DNA from: Antedon mediterranea
Taxonomy: Eukaryota; Animalia; Echinodermata
NCBI RefSeq assembly: GCF_964355755.1
Contig: NC_092670.1
Span: 1,292,201 to 1,356,200, forward strand
Direction of reading: 5' to 3'
Length of the DNA stretch: 64,000 nucleotides
Every line of letters begins with the position of its first letter. Within the stretch, counting starts at the first letter, position 1. Shown here piece after piece: positions 27,701-41,324 of the stretch. Below the pieces are notes generated by a model that saw nothing but the letters and a program-made list of their open reading frames with translations, did no database searches and was not told the DNA's origin. The position numbers and the translations under genes are program-made.

Positions 27701-30700
27701 TGAAAAAGTGAGCAATCGCGTCAACGAGATCGAGAAGTCTTCAAACAACGTGAAACTCCTCTCTGAGATGTTGAACCACTACAGCCCAGACATCACTAGT
27801 CCACAGGAAAAAGACCTCATGAGGGTATAGTTACAATTATCTAATTTATAGTGAATAAACTTACTTAATACCAAGTTAATGTGTGTATTATGGCTTATGT
27901 GCATTGTAGATAATGTTGCCAATTTCGCCCTGAAAAAATGGCAATATTTAGTTGTTGTTTACCAACTTGATGGATAAGCTCAAAACCAAGACAAGCCTTC
28001 ATTACAACTCGAAGGCCTGCTTATTTTGAATCGGCATTTATTTATCATATGCCATCTAGAACACTCTGTCAGAGTTACAGATTAAATTTTTATATTATAT
28101 AAATAGCTCATACCTTTTGTGTCAGCAGTTAATCTGATAATTCAATGTATAATATATGTTAAATGTTTATGTTTTAGGAATTGTATATAACATGTGAGAA
28201 GATGAGACCAAATTTATTTAGACTGGCCAGTGCTATTGAAGATAAAGAGGATGGAATAGGTAAGATGCATTCACATAAGTTCTTAAATATTTTATATTTA
28301 ATATATTCACAGGCTAGACACATTTTACGCCAGTGTACCCAACCTTACAAAATACCAGAAAATCACAATCAAACTATGTGCATAACAACAACTGGTTTTT
28401 AAGCTCTGTCCACACTATCAAATTTTATGTGACAAAAAATGTGATGTGCACATGGACATGATGATGTCATATTACTACCATTTTTGGGATTACCTCTACC
28501 ATATTTGGGCACATCACACATTTTTTGTCAAACTAGTTTGATAGTGTAGAGAGTACAGAGCTTTAGTGGATAGTTTACTCACTGTGTGTTCCTTTTTACA
28601 GGTGAAATTTTGGAAGCGAATGATAAACTAACAAAAGTGATGGAAATATACCGTGAAAAACTTGGAGATGTAAATTTTGATGAGATGTCTTCTGGGGATA
28701 CGCCTTCTGCTGCCCTCTCCAGTCAGTCTGTACAACCTCAACATACACAAGGTATTAAGGCTCCCAGCTGGACATATGTTCCTATACACACAACATCTGC
28801 CATTCTTATGCTCTGTCTACACTACGTGATATGGCCAAATATGGTAGTGATATGACATCACAAAAACGATAAACTAATAAAAATTATATATCAGTAGTGT
28901 GCAATGAAGCATGCAAAGTGACCTTTTGTTTTGAATCAAATAAACAAAATAATTATTTGTTTTCATAGCTGGTGACATGTCATCATTAATTGACCTTGCC
29001 GGGCTAGACTCTGCTTCAGCTGTTTCTGGGGATCTCACAGGTTTCAATGGTGCACAAATTAGTTCTGGTGGTGCAATGATGTCTGGAGGTAATTCTGTCA
29101 GACAACCAACTTCTGATGCTCTACTTGAGCAACAATTATCCTCTTTAGGTAATCAATTTTACAAATTTCAATTTTATGATACAATGAATGTATAATAATA
29201 AATATATATATATATATAATGAAAATATAAAATATATTTAGCATTTTTACTAGCATAGCATTACTAGCATTATAAAAGGTATATGTGTTTGATAATTTTT
29301 TGAAAATTTTTTCTAGGTTTTGGAACTAGTGCAGGGGGAACAATTCCTGTAACAACTCAATCAGCAGCAGCTATGCAGCTAGATGCCATTCTGGGAACCA
29401 ATGGTCCTCCTTCTACTACTAATACAAGTTATCCAATGTTTTCAAATCAGCCTGTAGTAAGTAAAATTGATTCAATTTTGAGGTCAAAGATCAGAAGTCA
29501 TAGGTTTAATTAAGGGAACCTGTATATTGATTTTATTTATAAATTATTTTGCAGCAAACTATGGGTATGTACAATCAAAACACAGTTAACATGGTACATC
29601 CATCCAGAATGACAGCGCCCTCTATAGCACAGCCTGTTGCCGCTCCAACACAGATCACTAGCTCACTACTGACCGGACCAACGTCTGTGTTTACAACCAC
29701 CCCGTCACAAGATAAAACCAAAGCAAATAAACCCCCACCGGCGTTGTCATCTAAGGCGTTTGCTGAGTTGGAAGATCTTGGGAAGACCATGATGATGGGA
29801 CAGAATTCCTCTGCAATGCAGACATCCTCATTACAGTAAGTCTTAAGTTCTGTCTACACTATTAAACTAGTTTGACAAAAAAAATGTGTTCAAATATGGT
29901 AGTGATATACCCGAATACGGTAGTGATATTACATCATCATTGTCCATATATGGACACATCACATCTTTTTGTCACAAAGTTTGTTAGCGTAGACAGAGCT
30001 TTAAGATATTTCCATGCAACTGTTTGTGAATAAGAGTTGCACATGCTCACAAAGCAATCAGTTTTGTAACAGCTTTCTATTGTTTTAAACTACCCTAATT
30101 TCAGTAAATTTCCTTTTCAAGACAAACACTATCAAATGAGTGACATGTTTTTTTTGTTTTATAGACGATCCACTTCATCTGATGTTGAATCATTACTTCT
30201 GTCAACTGGAGGCAGCCCGCCATCTCAAAGTACTCTCTCCCAACCACAGTTACCAGCACAAACTGCACCAGCAGGATCGACCTTCATGCAACCAGCACCG
30301 GTCACAAAAACACCCATGATGACGGCCCAGGGACAGCCTATGATGGCCAGTAAACCATCGGCTGTAGCTGCTACGGTTCTTTCACTTGCAGATATATTTG
30401 TTCCTTTAGAAACAATTCAACCAGGTAAGGAAAGATTTATCCAATCTCAAAGATCTAAAATGAATCCCAACCAGGCATGGCCTACAAGTGTACTATGATT
30501 CATGTGTCAAATGTTTATATATATATATATATATATTTTTTTTCATAGGTGTAACCCCTCCTCTAACTATTTATGAGAAGAATAAAGTGAAAACAGTTTT
30601 TCATTTTGCTAAGGACAGTCCTAGACCAGACATCCAAGTGTTAGTTGTTTCAACCATGAGTACAAACACATCAGCCATCAAAGGCGTGGTCTTTCAGGCT

Positions 30701-32235
30701 GCAGTTCCAAAGGTTTGAAATATTTAGAAAAATGCAAAATTATCAAAATTGTTATCAGTACATGTTATTTTAGCTCATCTGAATTAGGATGGTCATTTTT
30801 GGTAAATGTAAGATGGGGGTATAACCTGCGATACATAGTACATCTTTCTACTCACATAAGGGTTCCTTCATGGGTGTATAACCTGCGATACATCTTTCTA
30901 CTCACATAAGGGATGGGTGTATAACCTGCGACACATGTTTCTACTCACATAAGGGATGGGTGTATAACCTGCGACACATCTTTCTACTCACATAAGGGTT
31001 CCTTCATGTCGAGCCAATATACAATAATACATAAAAATGACAGGGTAGCTTTAGCAAACTACTCCTTCTCGGCACTAAACCGAAGTCTTTTATGTTTTCT
31101 TTCCACTCATTCTTTAAACAGTATGTAATGTTCATGTGAAATGTTAGACTTATGATGACTTGTTTATAGCCAAAAACATAAAAAAGAACAACAAAACACT
31201 AACAAGTCATGTTTGTATTTTTTGCATTTGGGTAAACCATAAACTCTGAAGTATAAGTTATCAGGAAACACAAAAGGGAACTCGATCCCTAGGGCTGACA
31301 GCCTGTGTCTTCCTACCATTGCCATTTTAATGCAAGTCTCTCGTTTATGTTGATAAATAACACATAACTGGTTTTATTTCAGACAATGCGTATCAAGCTA
31401 CAACCACCATCTGCAACAGATTTGCCTGTACACAATCCCATCTTACCCCCTACTGCAATCACTCAAGTTATGCTAGTGGCTAACCCACAAAAGGTATGCC
31501 AGCAAACACTATTTATTATTCACTATATTGTAAATATAAGTGTAATGTTGTTTGTTTGTTAGTGATAGTGGTATTTCTACTCTCATTATCACTCCACTTC
31601 CATTGTGTGTGTTTTTTTTATTGTATTGCTGAAAACATATTACAGTGGAACCTCTCCTTTGGGACCTCCTATTCAAGATACATCTCTATAAAGGGGATAC
31701 TTTCCGGTGAAATGAACGAACGGAAGTATATGTTTTAACACTATGGCCAACCTATATTCAGGGGACATCCCTATAAAGGGGATACTTTCCGGTGAAATGA
31801 ACGAGCGGAAGTATATGTTTTAACACTATGGCCAACCTCTATTCAGGGGACATCCCTATAAAGAGGACAATTTCCTGTGAATTGAACAAGTGGAAGTATA
31901 TTTTTTAACACTATAGCCACCCCTATTAGGGAACACCCCTATTATTTTGGGGTCCTGAAGGTGTACTCATAATATGGGATTTACTGTACCTTAACTACTT
32001 TTGTTATATTGTTATGTTCTGAAATTCAATGCTTTAGCACTGAAAGTGTCATTTAGTATAATTATAGATTATATATATATATATAGATTAATATAAAACT
32101 GCAAAGGGTCACATTATTGGATAATTTATGATAATTTCTTTTCAGGAGAAAATCCGCTTAAAGTTTAAGTTACAATATACACTAGACGGCAAATCCATAG
32201 TGGACGTAGGAGAAGTTGACAAGTTCCCATCGTAA
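24715..32235 (+). CDS. GGA: ADP-ribosylation factor-binding protein GGA (VHS-GAT-hinge-GAE), GGA1/GGA3-like
   Basis: 14 exons: 24715-24760, 25529-25613, 25800-25974, 26111-26335, 27606-27824, 28178-28259, 28602-28751, 28969-29148, 29317-29456, 29555-29835, 30165-30424, 30549-30712, 31383-31493, 32146-32235. Motifs NKATNP, GPQIAAQLLSHKIQSPQE, IGKFRFLNEL, DLQAANRLIKNMV, RPNLFRLAS, FQAAVPK, KLQPPS and ITQVMLVANP. Confidence 0.96.
25135..25500 (+). mobile_element. CR1-type LINE 3' fragment in GGA intron 1
   Basis: RGDMIQTY...TRGHKHKL...RSHFFTQRVVNSWNALP is the hallmark CR1 ORF2 C-terminus. Confidence 0.85.
26530..27545 (-). mobile_element. 5'-truncated, frameshifted LINE (L2/Crack-like RT C-terminal region) in GGA intron 4
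   Basis: ANKLSL...FLGVHLDSRLSWKNHI...LYCSLILPYLNYCNIVW...LQKKAIR...YSGPTFWN. The tail reads aataaa...(ttgaa)n on the minus strand. Confidence 0.88.
28399..28565. mobile_element. MITE family A copy
   Basis: ttaagctctgtccacactatcaaa ... tttgatagtgtagagagtacagagcttta inverted ends. A partial copy is also present at ~28809-28860. Confidence 0.8.
29843..30004. mobile_element. MITE family A copy
   Basis: ttaagttctgtctacactattaaactag ... tttgttagcgtagacagagctttaa, with TTAA at both ends. Confidence 0.8.
30815..31007. repeat. Short degenerate tandem repeat (~42-55 bp, 4 copies)
   Basis: gggtgtataacctgcga(t/c)acatctttctactcacataaggg repeated in GGA intron 12. Confidence 0.85.
31643..31986. mobile_element. 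Tc1/mariner-pogo-type MITE with TA TSD and internal repeats
   Basis: ta|cagtggaacctc ... gggatttactg|ta, with an internal ~80-bp duplication. Confidence 0.7.
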
Positions 32236-32720
32236 CAACAATCATATTATCATCACTATAATCTATAAATGTTTAGCTCTAATTATTTTAACAAGTATGA
32301 TTGTATAAACACGATTAGTGTAGTTTCTTTTAAATTTGCAAATGCAAATATCAACTAAAGTAGTCAAATGTAAAATCAATTGAAATCAACAAGATATTAA
32401 ATGTGTTTATCTTTTTATATTTCTGTTTACATTCCAAACGATAAATTTGCTGCCCTCATACACTTGAAATTGATCTAATTATTCAGCACCATTGGATATT
32501 TATAAACACATATAGTATTAATATTTGTTGAATAATTTATGGAGAAATTGTCGTCTGTTCAATCGAGTTGCTAACCTACCATTACAGATTTTATCGTAGG
32601 ATGTCAAGAAGAAAATGCAACACTTTTTAGGATGATACTTTCTTCACTTTTCACTTTGTAATAATGTCATGTCAAGATAATAAATATATATTGAGCATTT
32701 TCTAAATAATATTTGTAGTA

Positions 32721-32883
32721 CAGTCGACTCTCCCAATACCAGACTCTCTAAAAAACAGGATACTCCCACATTTTTTCTTGAAATCCAAGTTCGTTTTACC
32801 ATTAAAAACACATTCCGAATACCAGAATATACAGAAAGGGGTACTGGCCAGCCAAGGATGTTTGGTTTTGGGAAAGTTGACTG
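32721..32883. mobile_element. pogo/Tigger-type MITE downstream of the GGA stop (probable 3' UTR)
   Basis: ta|cagtcgactctcccaatacc ... ggttttgggaaagttgactg|ta inverted ends with TA flanks. Confidence 0.7.
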
Positions 32884-33985
32884 TATATAGTATATATTTG
32901 TGTTTATAACCTGATTTAAAAGCAAGGCTTGAATTGCTGTGGTACTTTTCTTTTATAAATTTATACTTTGGTTTACCTTATATTATATACTCAGAATATC
33001 CTTTTATATAATTTACTACTTTAAATGTACTATTACCATCTGCTATAGGATACCTCTGTTTGAATCACATATGTTGTAATATTTTACTATATTGTATATA
33101 TTTTATTTAAATTTACCATTTGCTTGGTGTATAAAGGGTAGTAGAGTAGATAGGATGAATCTTGTTATTTCCAAAAGTCTAGTTTTTTTATCACAAATAA
33201 TTCCTAGTTTTGTTATATTGACAAATTTTTTTTTTCACTCAAGCAATTTCTCTTAAATCTGTAGCATAGGAAGTAGAAATTTATTAATAAGTTTTGGCTG
33301 AAAATCCCCAATACTGAATGTTTTATTTTTGTCATATATTGGCGTTGGTAGAAAGTTATTTGAAACATCAGATGTGTACTACAGTATAATTTGGTATGTA
33401 TGAATCTTTAGCTTATTACACAGGTACCCTATTGGCTTAGTTAAACAATCCTATTATAGTAGTACACTATGTCAAATGCAATATTGTGAAGAGCATGGGT
33501 AACTATTATAATATTATATTACATTGAATAAAATTATGAAATTAAATTTCAAATCATTTATCAACGAATGAACTTTGCATTTCTCTCACCTGTTCTATCT
33601 GAAAACTTTGGAATAGAAGTAGAACACGATTTGGATGAGATTACGTACCAGGCTAGTGAATCAGTTGATCATTGAGGTTAACACAGAAGCAGATACAATT
33701 ACACTTTTACTTTTTAATATCACATCTCAAAGAAATGACAGAAACAGATACAAAAATGATTGAAAGATTAACAAGCACATAATATGCCAACCACTCCCAT
33801 GCCACAGTTGCTAAAGATTAGACTTTAATAAACCTCACAAAGATTATCTTTGGCTGTGTTTTATTGCTATTTTGTCACGTTTTTTTACAATTTTATTTCT
33901 AACAAAACGAATCAACACCAACTATATTAATTGCAGCATTGTCAAGAACCTTCCCTTCTTTAATTCCACATTTTGGAATTTCCAT

Positions 33986-36900
33986 TTAAAATACAAGTAA
34001 CATAACAAGGAATGCTAAGGCAACCCCAACAAAAATGTTCATTACAATTCTACATGTTCTATTTTCTTTATGACGATGTCCTCGTTCCAAGTAGTATTGC
34101 ACAATGTCTGTGATGTCACGCTTGAGCGGCTTGAAGCCAAGATGGTTGCGTGCCTTCACTATGTTGAAATAGTGTGGAACTGATATCTGGTACAGCTGGA
34201 AAAGAGCATTATGTAATTTAAATCAACAAATTCACTTCATATAACAGGGAGCTTTCGATATTGCTAAGAATTTAAATTCAAGTCCAACAAAGGTACTATT
34301 TAGCATATGTCAAGTTTGGCATAGAAATGTTGTCAAATTGGTTGATTCTTGGTCCATTGATTCTGGTACTTTTTTTCGGTTCATATTTGTCACAAAGAAC
34401 CAAAGTTTAAATCAATCAATTTCATAAACATTTTCAAAAATGATTTAAAGTATTGATGATAACTGATTGTGATGATGATCTGACGATGATGATGTAATTA
34501 AAGAAATTAGAGACAAAGAGTTTTTACTTACTTCTGTTCTCGTTAGAAAAGGTTGAATATGACACAAAGGTTTGAACAACTGATGGATCCATTCTAAAAC
34601 AAGTACTTAATAAAGAAAAGAAAAAATTCCATCTTTGATTACAAACGTCCTCTTATTCTCCTGTTACCAATAGGCCTATTGTTGATCTTGCAAAAAGCTG
34701 TTAACAAAATATTGTTTTTACTTACCTATAACAAACATGAACTTAAATGATAAATTTATCTTGGGAAAGGTACAGCCAAGACCTTCTATGAGTGGGCGGA
34801 AGAATTCCCAATTATTTATTGGTGCGTCGTCTGTTACAAAGTAAACTTCTCCACCCTGTGAAAAAAAAACAATGTGAAGTAAAGAATATAATGACAAAGT
34901 TGGTTGTAAATGAGACTAGCAATTGATGTCAACAAAACTGTGGCATTATGTAAATGAGACTAGCAATTGATGTCAACAAAACTGTGGCATTATGTAAATG
35001 AGACTAGCAATTGATGTCAACAAAACTGTGGCATTATGTAAATGAGACTAGCAATTGATGTCAACAAAACTGTGGCATTATGTAAATGAGACTAGCAATT
35101 GATGTCAACAAAACTGTGGCATTATGTAAATGAGACTAGCAATTGATGTCAACAAAACAGTGGCATTATGTAAATGAGACTAGCAATTGATGTCAACAAA
35201 ACTGTGGCATTATGTAAATGAGACTAGCAATTGATGTCAACAAAACTGTGGCATTATGTAAATGAGACTAGCAATTGATGTCAACAAAACTGTGGCATTA
35301 TGTAAATGAGACTAGCAATTGATGTCAACAAAACTGTGGCATTATGTAAATGAGACTAGCAATTGATGTCAACAAAACTGTGGCATTATGAATGAGACTA
35401 GCAATTGATGTCAACAAAACTGTGGCATTATGAAAATGAGACTAGCAATTGATGTCAACAAAACTGTGGCATTATGTTTATTTATAACATAACACAGTAC
35501 ATCATTTTGGGAAAGAATGAAAAAGAGGTTGTTTTACTTTTAGCATGAAGTAAGTATTTAGGTTATACTTATACTTACAGACACATGTTTTTTCTTTTGT
35601 GTTAGCGCATCTCCCGCTAAAATATGGCTGCTAACAAGATTGTCAATATGAATGAAATCAACTAATGCCGTTAGCCCTCCTATTGTACAGCGAACTAGAC
35701 CAGCTTGCATCATATTCTAAAATAATAATTGTAGTTGTAACGAAGATCAGTATAAGTTCAAATTACCAAAATGCAAGCAACAACTTACGGGTGTATGCAT
35801 TAATATTTTGTATGCAAATGAAACCTAAACTTAATGACATGCTTCTGGTAGGGTGCTTGTTGGACGAGTAAAACTTCAATAAGTAAGACCAAAATGTATT
35901 AAGCTCAGTCTACACTCAATCAAACTTTATGTGACAAACAAATGTGATGTGACCATATATGGACATGATGATGTCATATCACTAACAATTTGGTCACATC
36001 ACACTTTTTTTGTCAAACTGATGGTGTAGACAGAGATTTAGGTTAGATCAATTTGCATGAAAAAAAATGGCAAAACTTTGTTTGACTTTGAATGTTGGCA
36101 TAATAATTCATTGCTTCAATGTATTACTGAACATTGTTTGTGTACCAACCACAATTCTTGGAAAGTGTCTTCTCTCACCAACCCCATATATTCCAGGTGG
36201 TCGCAACGCACATGTATGTAAAACAGCACCTCCTACAAATACAAGTACATTTAGTTTAAATCACATAATCATAAACTTTATCGCCATTTGATTTAACAAA
36301 TTGAATTTTAACAGTTATATATAAAAGCTATCATTATAAAATGGACACAGACAATCAGTGAAAACACAAAAAATATAAAAAATTTAAATAGGCACATTTT
36401 GTGTTTGTGAAAATGAAAACATTTGTAATTTGATTTACCTTTCGTTATTGTGCCATTGGCTTTTAGAATTTTGTTTTCTGAAATACATTTTGTTCTTGAA
36501 TAATCATCTGTAAACTAATAACGAATGTATTAGTGATTTATACTACTTATAGTAAGCTCTGTCTACACTATCAAACTAGTTTGACAAAAAAAGCGTGATA
36601 TGCCCAAATATGGTAGTGATATCTTCAAATATGGTAGATATGTCCATACACGGGCACCTCACATTTTGTTTTGGTCACATAAAGTTTAATAGTGAAAACA
36701 GACCTTTAAGTTGGTGGAGTATGGAACAAAAGAATACACTACAGTATTTAAAACATTGCTGGTAGGCCTACAATAAATAATTACAGTACATTGTAAAGAC
36801 AGAAGGCTCAGATGCTAATTTAATAGGTTGTTAAGTTTTAAAAAAGGGAATAAACAAAGAGATACTCAGATAATAGGTTTTCAGTTTAAATAGAGATAGA

Positions 36901-39900
36901 TGGAACAGTAAGAAGATTTGGTGGTAGGCTTAACAGATAAGATAGTTATATTGTAAACTAGATGGCTCAGATACCAGAGGAATTTTTCTGTTTTACTGGG
37001 CTTTATTTTTAATGTATATATATATATACTTTTTATAAATGTTGTATTTTTTATTGTTTGTTATGTACAATTTGGACTCCATTGGAAACGGGCTGGTTTT
37101 TCCGGCCTAATGGGTGTTCCTGATGCTCGTTATTTTGTCTTTTGTCTGTTTGTTATTTTAATGTTGAGCATCAAATAAATTCAATCAATCAAAAAAACTC
37201 AACAGTTATGAGTAGTTTAGAAAAAGAAGATTCAATGCAATCAGAAGCCAAGATAGTAGAATATTGGTTACAGCGTCAGACCAAGCTATTTCTACCCTTA
37301 CTGATGTCAAGATAGTAGAATATTGGTTACAGCGTCAGACCAAGCTATTTCTACCCTTACTGATGTCAATGGTAATGTAGGACACGTTTCTTCTGTAGCA
37401 TTTATTATTTCTTGGCCTCCAAACACAACAGCGGTCGTGCTTGTATACACAAGACGTGGAACATCATGCAAATAGCAACCTATAAATTGTGTAAAAACAT
37501 GATCATTTGATGCATTTCTATGTGGATCACATTATTGATTGGTTATATGGTGTTTAGTAAAATTGCATATTATTATACTGCACATGTTATGGAATTAAAG
37601 AGAAAACAATGTTATCTTAAGTTTACAGATTGACCTACAGATGACCTGTGAGCTATGAAAGAGGAAAAAAGTTTGCACCTACTTTCTCCTGTGTGCTTTT
37701 GCTTAGACTTTTGTTGTTACACAATCATTTTTATTTATTTTGTTTTCTTTGGGTGGGTAAGCCTTCTCAGTAATATTAATGAAACTGCGATGGGCACCCT
37801 ACCCGACCCTTTATTACTCATGATGTGAGCTATTTTGACTACACCCACACAGGAAGGAAAAGCATTAGTACATGAGTAACATTCTAACACTTAATAATGT
37901 AATGCAAAAAATGTAAAATCATTTACCTTCTATAACATTATCTGTTCCACCAACATTAATACTTTCTATAAATTTTGTTGGCTTTAGCTTAAAAAAAAAA
38001 CAAACATGGTTTTGTTAGTAGAAATACAATATGATAGTAATTATAATAACGTCTGAAATATAGAAATATAATACATGATGGTATACTATATCTCTGCTAT
38101 ATTAGAACCACTGGTACCCTCTCAAATACATTCTTAAATCTTATTAATTTTAAATCTAATTTTACTGGGTGTATATGTTATGCGCGATTTGAACGATTTG
38201 CGCAATTTAAAATTGCGCAAAGAATTCCTTGCGCAATTTGAAATTGCGCAAAGAATTCTTGCGCAATTTGAAATTGCGCACGGATTTTCTTGCGCAATAT
38301 TAAATTGCGCAATCAACTTGCGCAATATCAAATTGCGCAAGAAAATCCTTGCGCAATTTCAAATTGCGCTGCACAATTTGTAAAATTGTCAAATTGCGCA
38401 GCAGAATTCTACCAGAATGCGTGCTAACGTCGACGATCGGTTAACAATAATAATTTATTCGAAACTAATAACTCAAAATGAAACATAATAAATGCGAAGA
38501 TAACATGTGTATAATACACAACATAAATGGCATACACAATTAAATAATATTATCACTCTCATTGTAACTTAAAATAAATCAAAATAAATGTAAAAATAAC
38601 AAAAATTAATGTAGTCTAGTAAATACACAACATAGTCTACCGCCACCAACGGTTAGACTTGCTATCAAAACATAGCCAGTAGTAGGAAGGCTAGAGTAGT
38701 ATTAGCCGCCCGCCGTGCACGTGCCCGCCGGGAACTCCACCTTTGTGGTCCTTTGTCGGGTCTTCGACGGTATGCTAACAATAACAATATTTTCACTACT
38801 ATAAAAAATAAGGAAATGCGATATTATCTTTAATTTTGAATCATTCTTAGAAATTACTATAAAAATATGGGTGTGCATGATTTCACAATCTGTCGAAAAA
38901 AACCTTGCGCAATTTGCAGACTACTTGCGCAATTTAATACGTTGCTTGCGCAATTTGAAACAGATTTTTCAATTCAAATTGCGCAAGGAATTCTTTGCGC
39001 AATTTTAAATTGCGCAAATCGTTCAAATCGCGCATAACATATATATTGTACTGTAATTTGCTTTTTTTTCTTAAAGCCTTGTCTACACTATCAAACTTTA
39101 TGCGAGAAAAAAATGTGATGTGCGCGATGGACATATGATGTCATTATCACCACCATATTTGGGCACATCACACTTTTTTGTAAAAAATAGTTTGATAGTG
39201 TAGACAGAGATTTAGAATATTTGGAGCAGTTGGTAACTATGGCAACAGCAAAATAGAAGAAGATACTCAACAATATGCACTGTTAATGCGAGAGATTTAC
39301 CATTTAATAAAACACACAAGTATTTACCATTTCATAGCCAGACATTCCATATGATGCAATGTGGAATATACAACTTTTACCTTTACATAATTCTTGGACA
39401 AATGTCTTATCACATATGTCACCCTGGAAAAAAAAAGCACAACACACTTACATTTTTTTTAGAATAATGTAATTTTATTTATTTTTTTTTTTTTATTTTA
39501 TTTAATTTTCAGGCAAACATACATGACAACACAGCGGTGCAGCACCCTGAGGATTGCCATGAGTGCAAAGCACTATCGAGATGGCTCTCCATATACTGCA
39601 CTAGAACATATAAGACAAACATATACACAAGATGCTCTACATAGACAAAGACTTATTATTAAGTCTTTGGGAGTGGAGTTGTAAATTGTCATGAGAAAAA
39701 AACCCTGACATATGACAGGACTTGAACCCAGGACCCTTAGATTGGTAGCCAAGCATCATAACCACCAAGCCACAGCTCCACTAATTAGCTATTATCAGCA
39801 TTTTATCAGTGACATTTAAGCCATGGAATCCATTGAAAAAAGTGTTAATTACATATATTTGTTCTTACATATTTGTTCTTGTCTAATGCTTAAATTGTAA

Positions 39901-41008
39901 TTACTATTTGTGTTCAAATTGTATTTATTTTGGATGCTAAACAAATAAATAAAAAAAAAACTTTACCTGAACAAATTTAATTTCAACAGAATTGTAATCT
40001 TCGATAGGTGGTTGAATATCAGTGAGGGTCACATGGGCTCCTAGCATATTAAGGGCACGGCCTAAATGAATGCCAAAATATCCCGCACCGCCCGTTACAA
40101 GAACATCTACGTCTTTAAATGATGATGCATCAAGATTTCTGTATTTTTAAAGTAAATATTATTGAAAAATTTATAACATTAAATCATTATTTTTTCCTAA
40201 TTTTCAATAGGTGCCTAAAAACATGACACAATTATTAATTATTATACAGCAGTATATTAATCACTGTAAGTAACATGTAAATTAAATATTTTTTTATTTT
40301 ATTTTATTCAATCAAAGCCAACAGCGATAAATACCACCACATACAACTAAACAGGTTTGAAACATAAAACAATACAACATCAAAAAACGGTTAACAATAA
40401 AATACAGATAAAAATATATACCGTATATATATAAAAACATAGATAAGCATGCCATATTCAGTTTCAATTTAAAATGTATATTGATCAATAAAAATTAGTA
40501 ACAAAACAGTGCATTATTAATAGTATACTGGCTATCTTAGTTAGGCATTAAATTACAGTAAACAAAATTATTGATTACAAATACTTGTGTCGAAGCATGG
40601 AAGTAGATACATTACAACAAATTTACCCAAATTAATATAACAATGTTGGTTAGGGGGCGGGGGGGGGAGGAAGGGTCTATATCTCATGTCATGGCTATAA
40701 TTTACAGTACGGACGTGACAGAGGTGAGTGGGGGAAATCACTTTGACTGAAGTGAAGCCCTCTTGTTGTTAGGTGGGCCAAAGTCTAACTTTACAAACCA
40801 GCTAGCTAGTACTACTACTACCTAGGCCTAGTAGATAGCCTAGCCTACAGGCCTGGCCTATAGGCTATAGTATAGGGCCCTAGCTAGTTAGGACCTAGCC
40901 TAACGAATCTTTCTGTGGATTTTAATTACAAAGATAGATAATTGAGTTAATATAGGCCTACCTGATAGAATTTCTAGCACGAGCACAATGAATGTTCTCT
41001 GATACCAT
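33986..41008 (-). CDS. SDR42E1: Short-chain dehydrogenase/reductase family 42E (3-beta-HSD-like)
   Basis: Exons ~40962-41008, 39967-40138 (VLVTGGAGYFG), 39328-39423 (FHIASYGMSG), 37927-37987 (INVGGTDNV), 37361-37479 (RLVYTST), 36439-36514 (catalytic YSRTK), ~36150-36232 (TCALRPPGIYG.GE.RH.PRI), ~35579-35716, ~34726-34855, ~34532-34606 and 33986-34195 (C-terminal TM). E1 versus E2 orthology cannot be resolved. Confidence 0.9.
34905..35476. repeat. Intronic minisatellite, 44-bp unit, ~13 copies
   Basis: Unit tgtaaatgagactagcaattgatgtcaacaaaactgtggcatta. Confidence 0.97.
35899..36040. mobile_element. MITE family A copy
   Basis: ttaagctcagtctacact...gtgtagacagagattta with the family core. Confidence 0.75.
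36553..36709. mobile_element. MITE family A copy
   Basis: aagctctgtctacactatcaaactag ... agtttaatagtgaaaacagacctttaa. Confidence 0.75.
38172..39043. mobile_element. Foldback/MITE with ~70-bp near-perfect TIRs built from TTGCGCAA palindromes
   Basis: tatatgttatgcgcgatttgaacgatttgcgcaatttaaaattgcgcaaagaattccttgcgcaatttgaa at the left end, and its reverse complement ending at 39043. Confidence 0.88.
39071..39214. mobile_element. MITE family A copy
   Basis: ttaaagccttgtctacactatcaaact ... agtttgatagtgtagacagagattta. Confidence 0.8.
39480..39779 (-). mobile_element. tRNA-derived SINE
   Basis: Minus-strand head ggagctgTGGCTTGGTGGttatgatgcttggctaccaatctaaggtcctgGGTTCAAGTCC (A and B boxes), a ~230-bp body and an A-rich tail. 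Confidence 0.8.
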
Positions 41009-41324
41009 AATCTTGTTAGATCCCGACAAAAGCCTGGTGTTGATGGTGTACGTGTAGATGTTTCACGTGCAGTAGTGTGAACTGTCATTAGCCTAACTTT
41101 TTAACAATGGCGATACACTTGACTGAGCAATTATTATATAACTTACGCGCTAACACAATTAGATATGCATGAGTACCTTTCTGTTATGAAACACATGGTC
41201 TTCTGTCTTTACACAATATTACAATACAAAAAAAAGCAACATTTGGTTTTATTTATAAAACGTATTAATTAAACAGTATTAATAACTACAGTAATTTAAA
41301 TTTATGTTAAATTACTTAATAAAC

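Noticed and set aside
39715-39779. Possible tRNA gene
   Set aside because: A and B boxes are present, but it continues into a SINE body and A-rich tail, and I could not form a complete acceptor stem.
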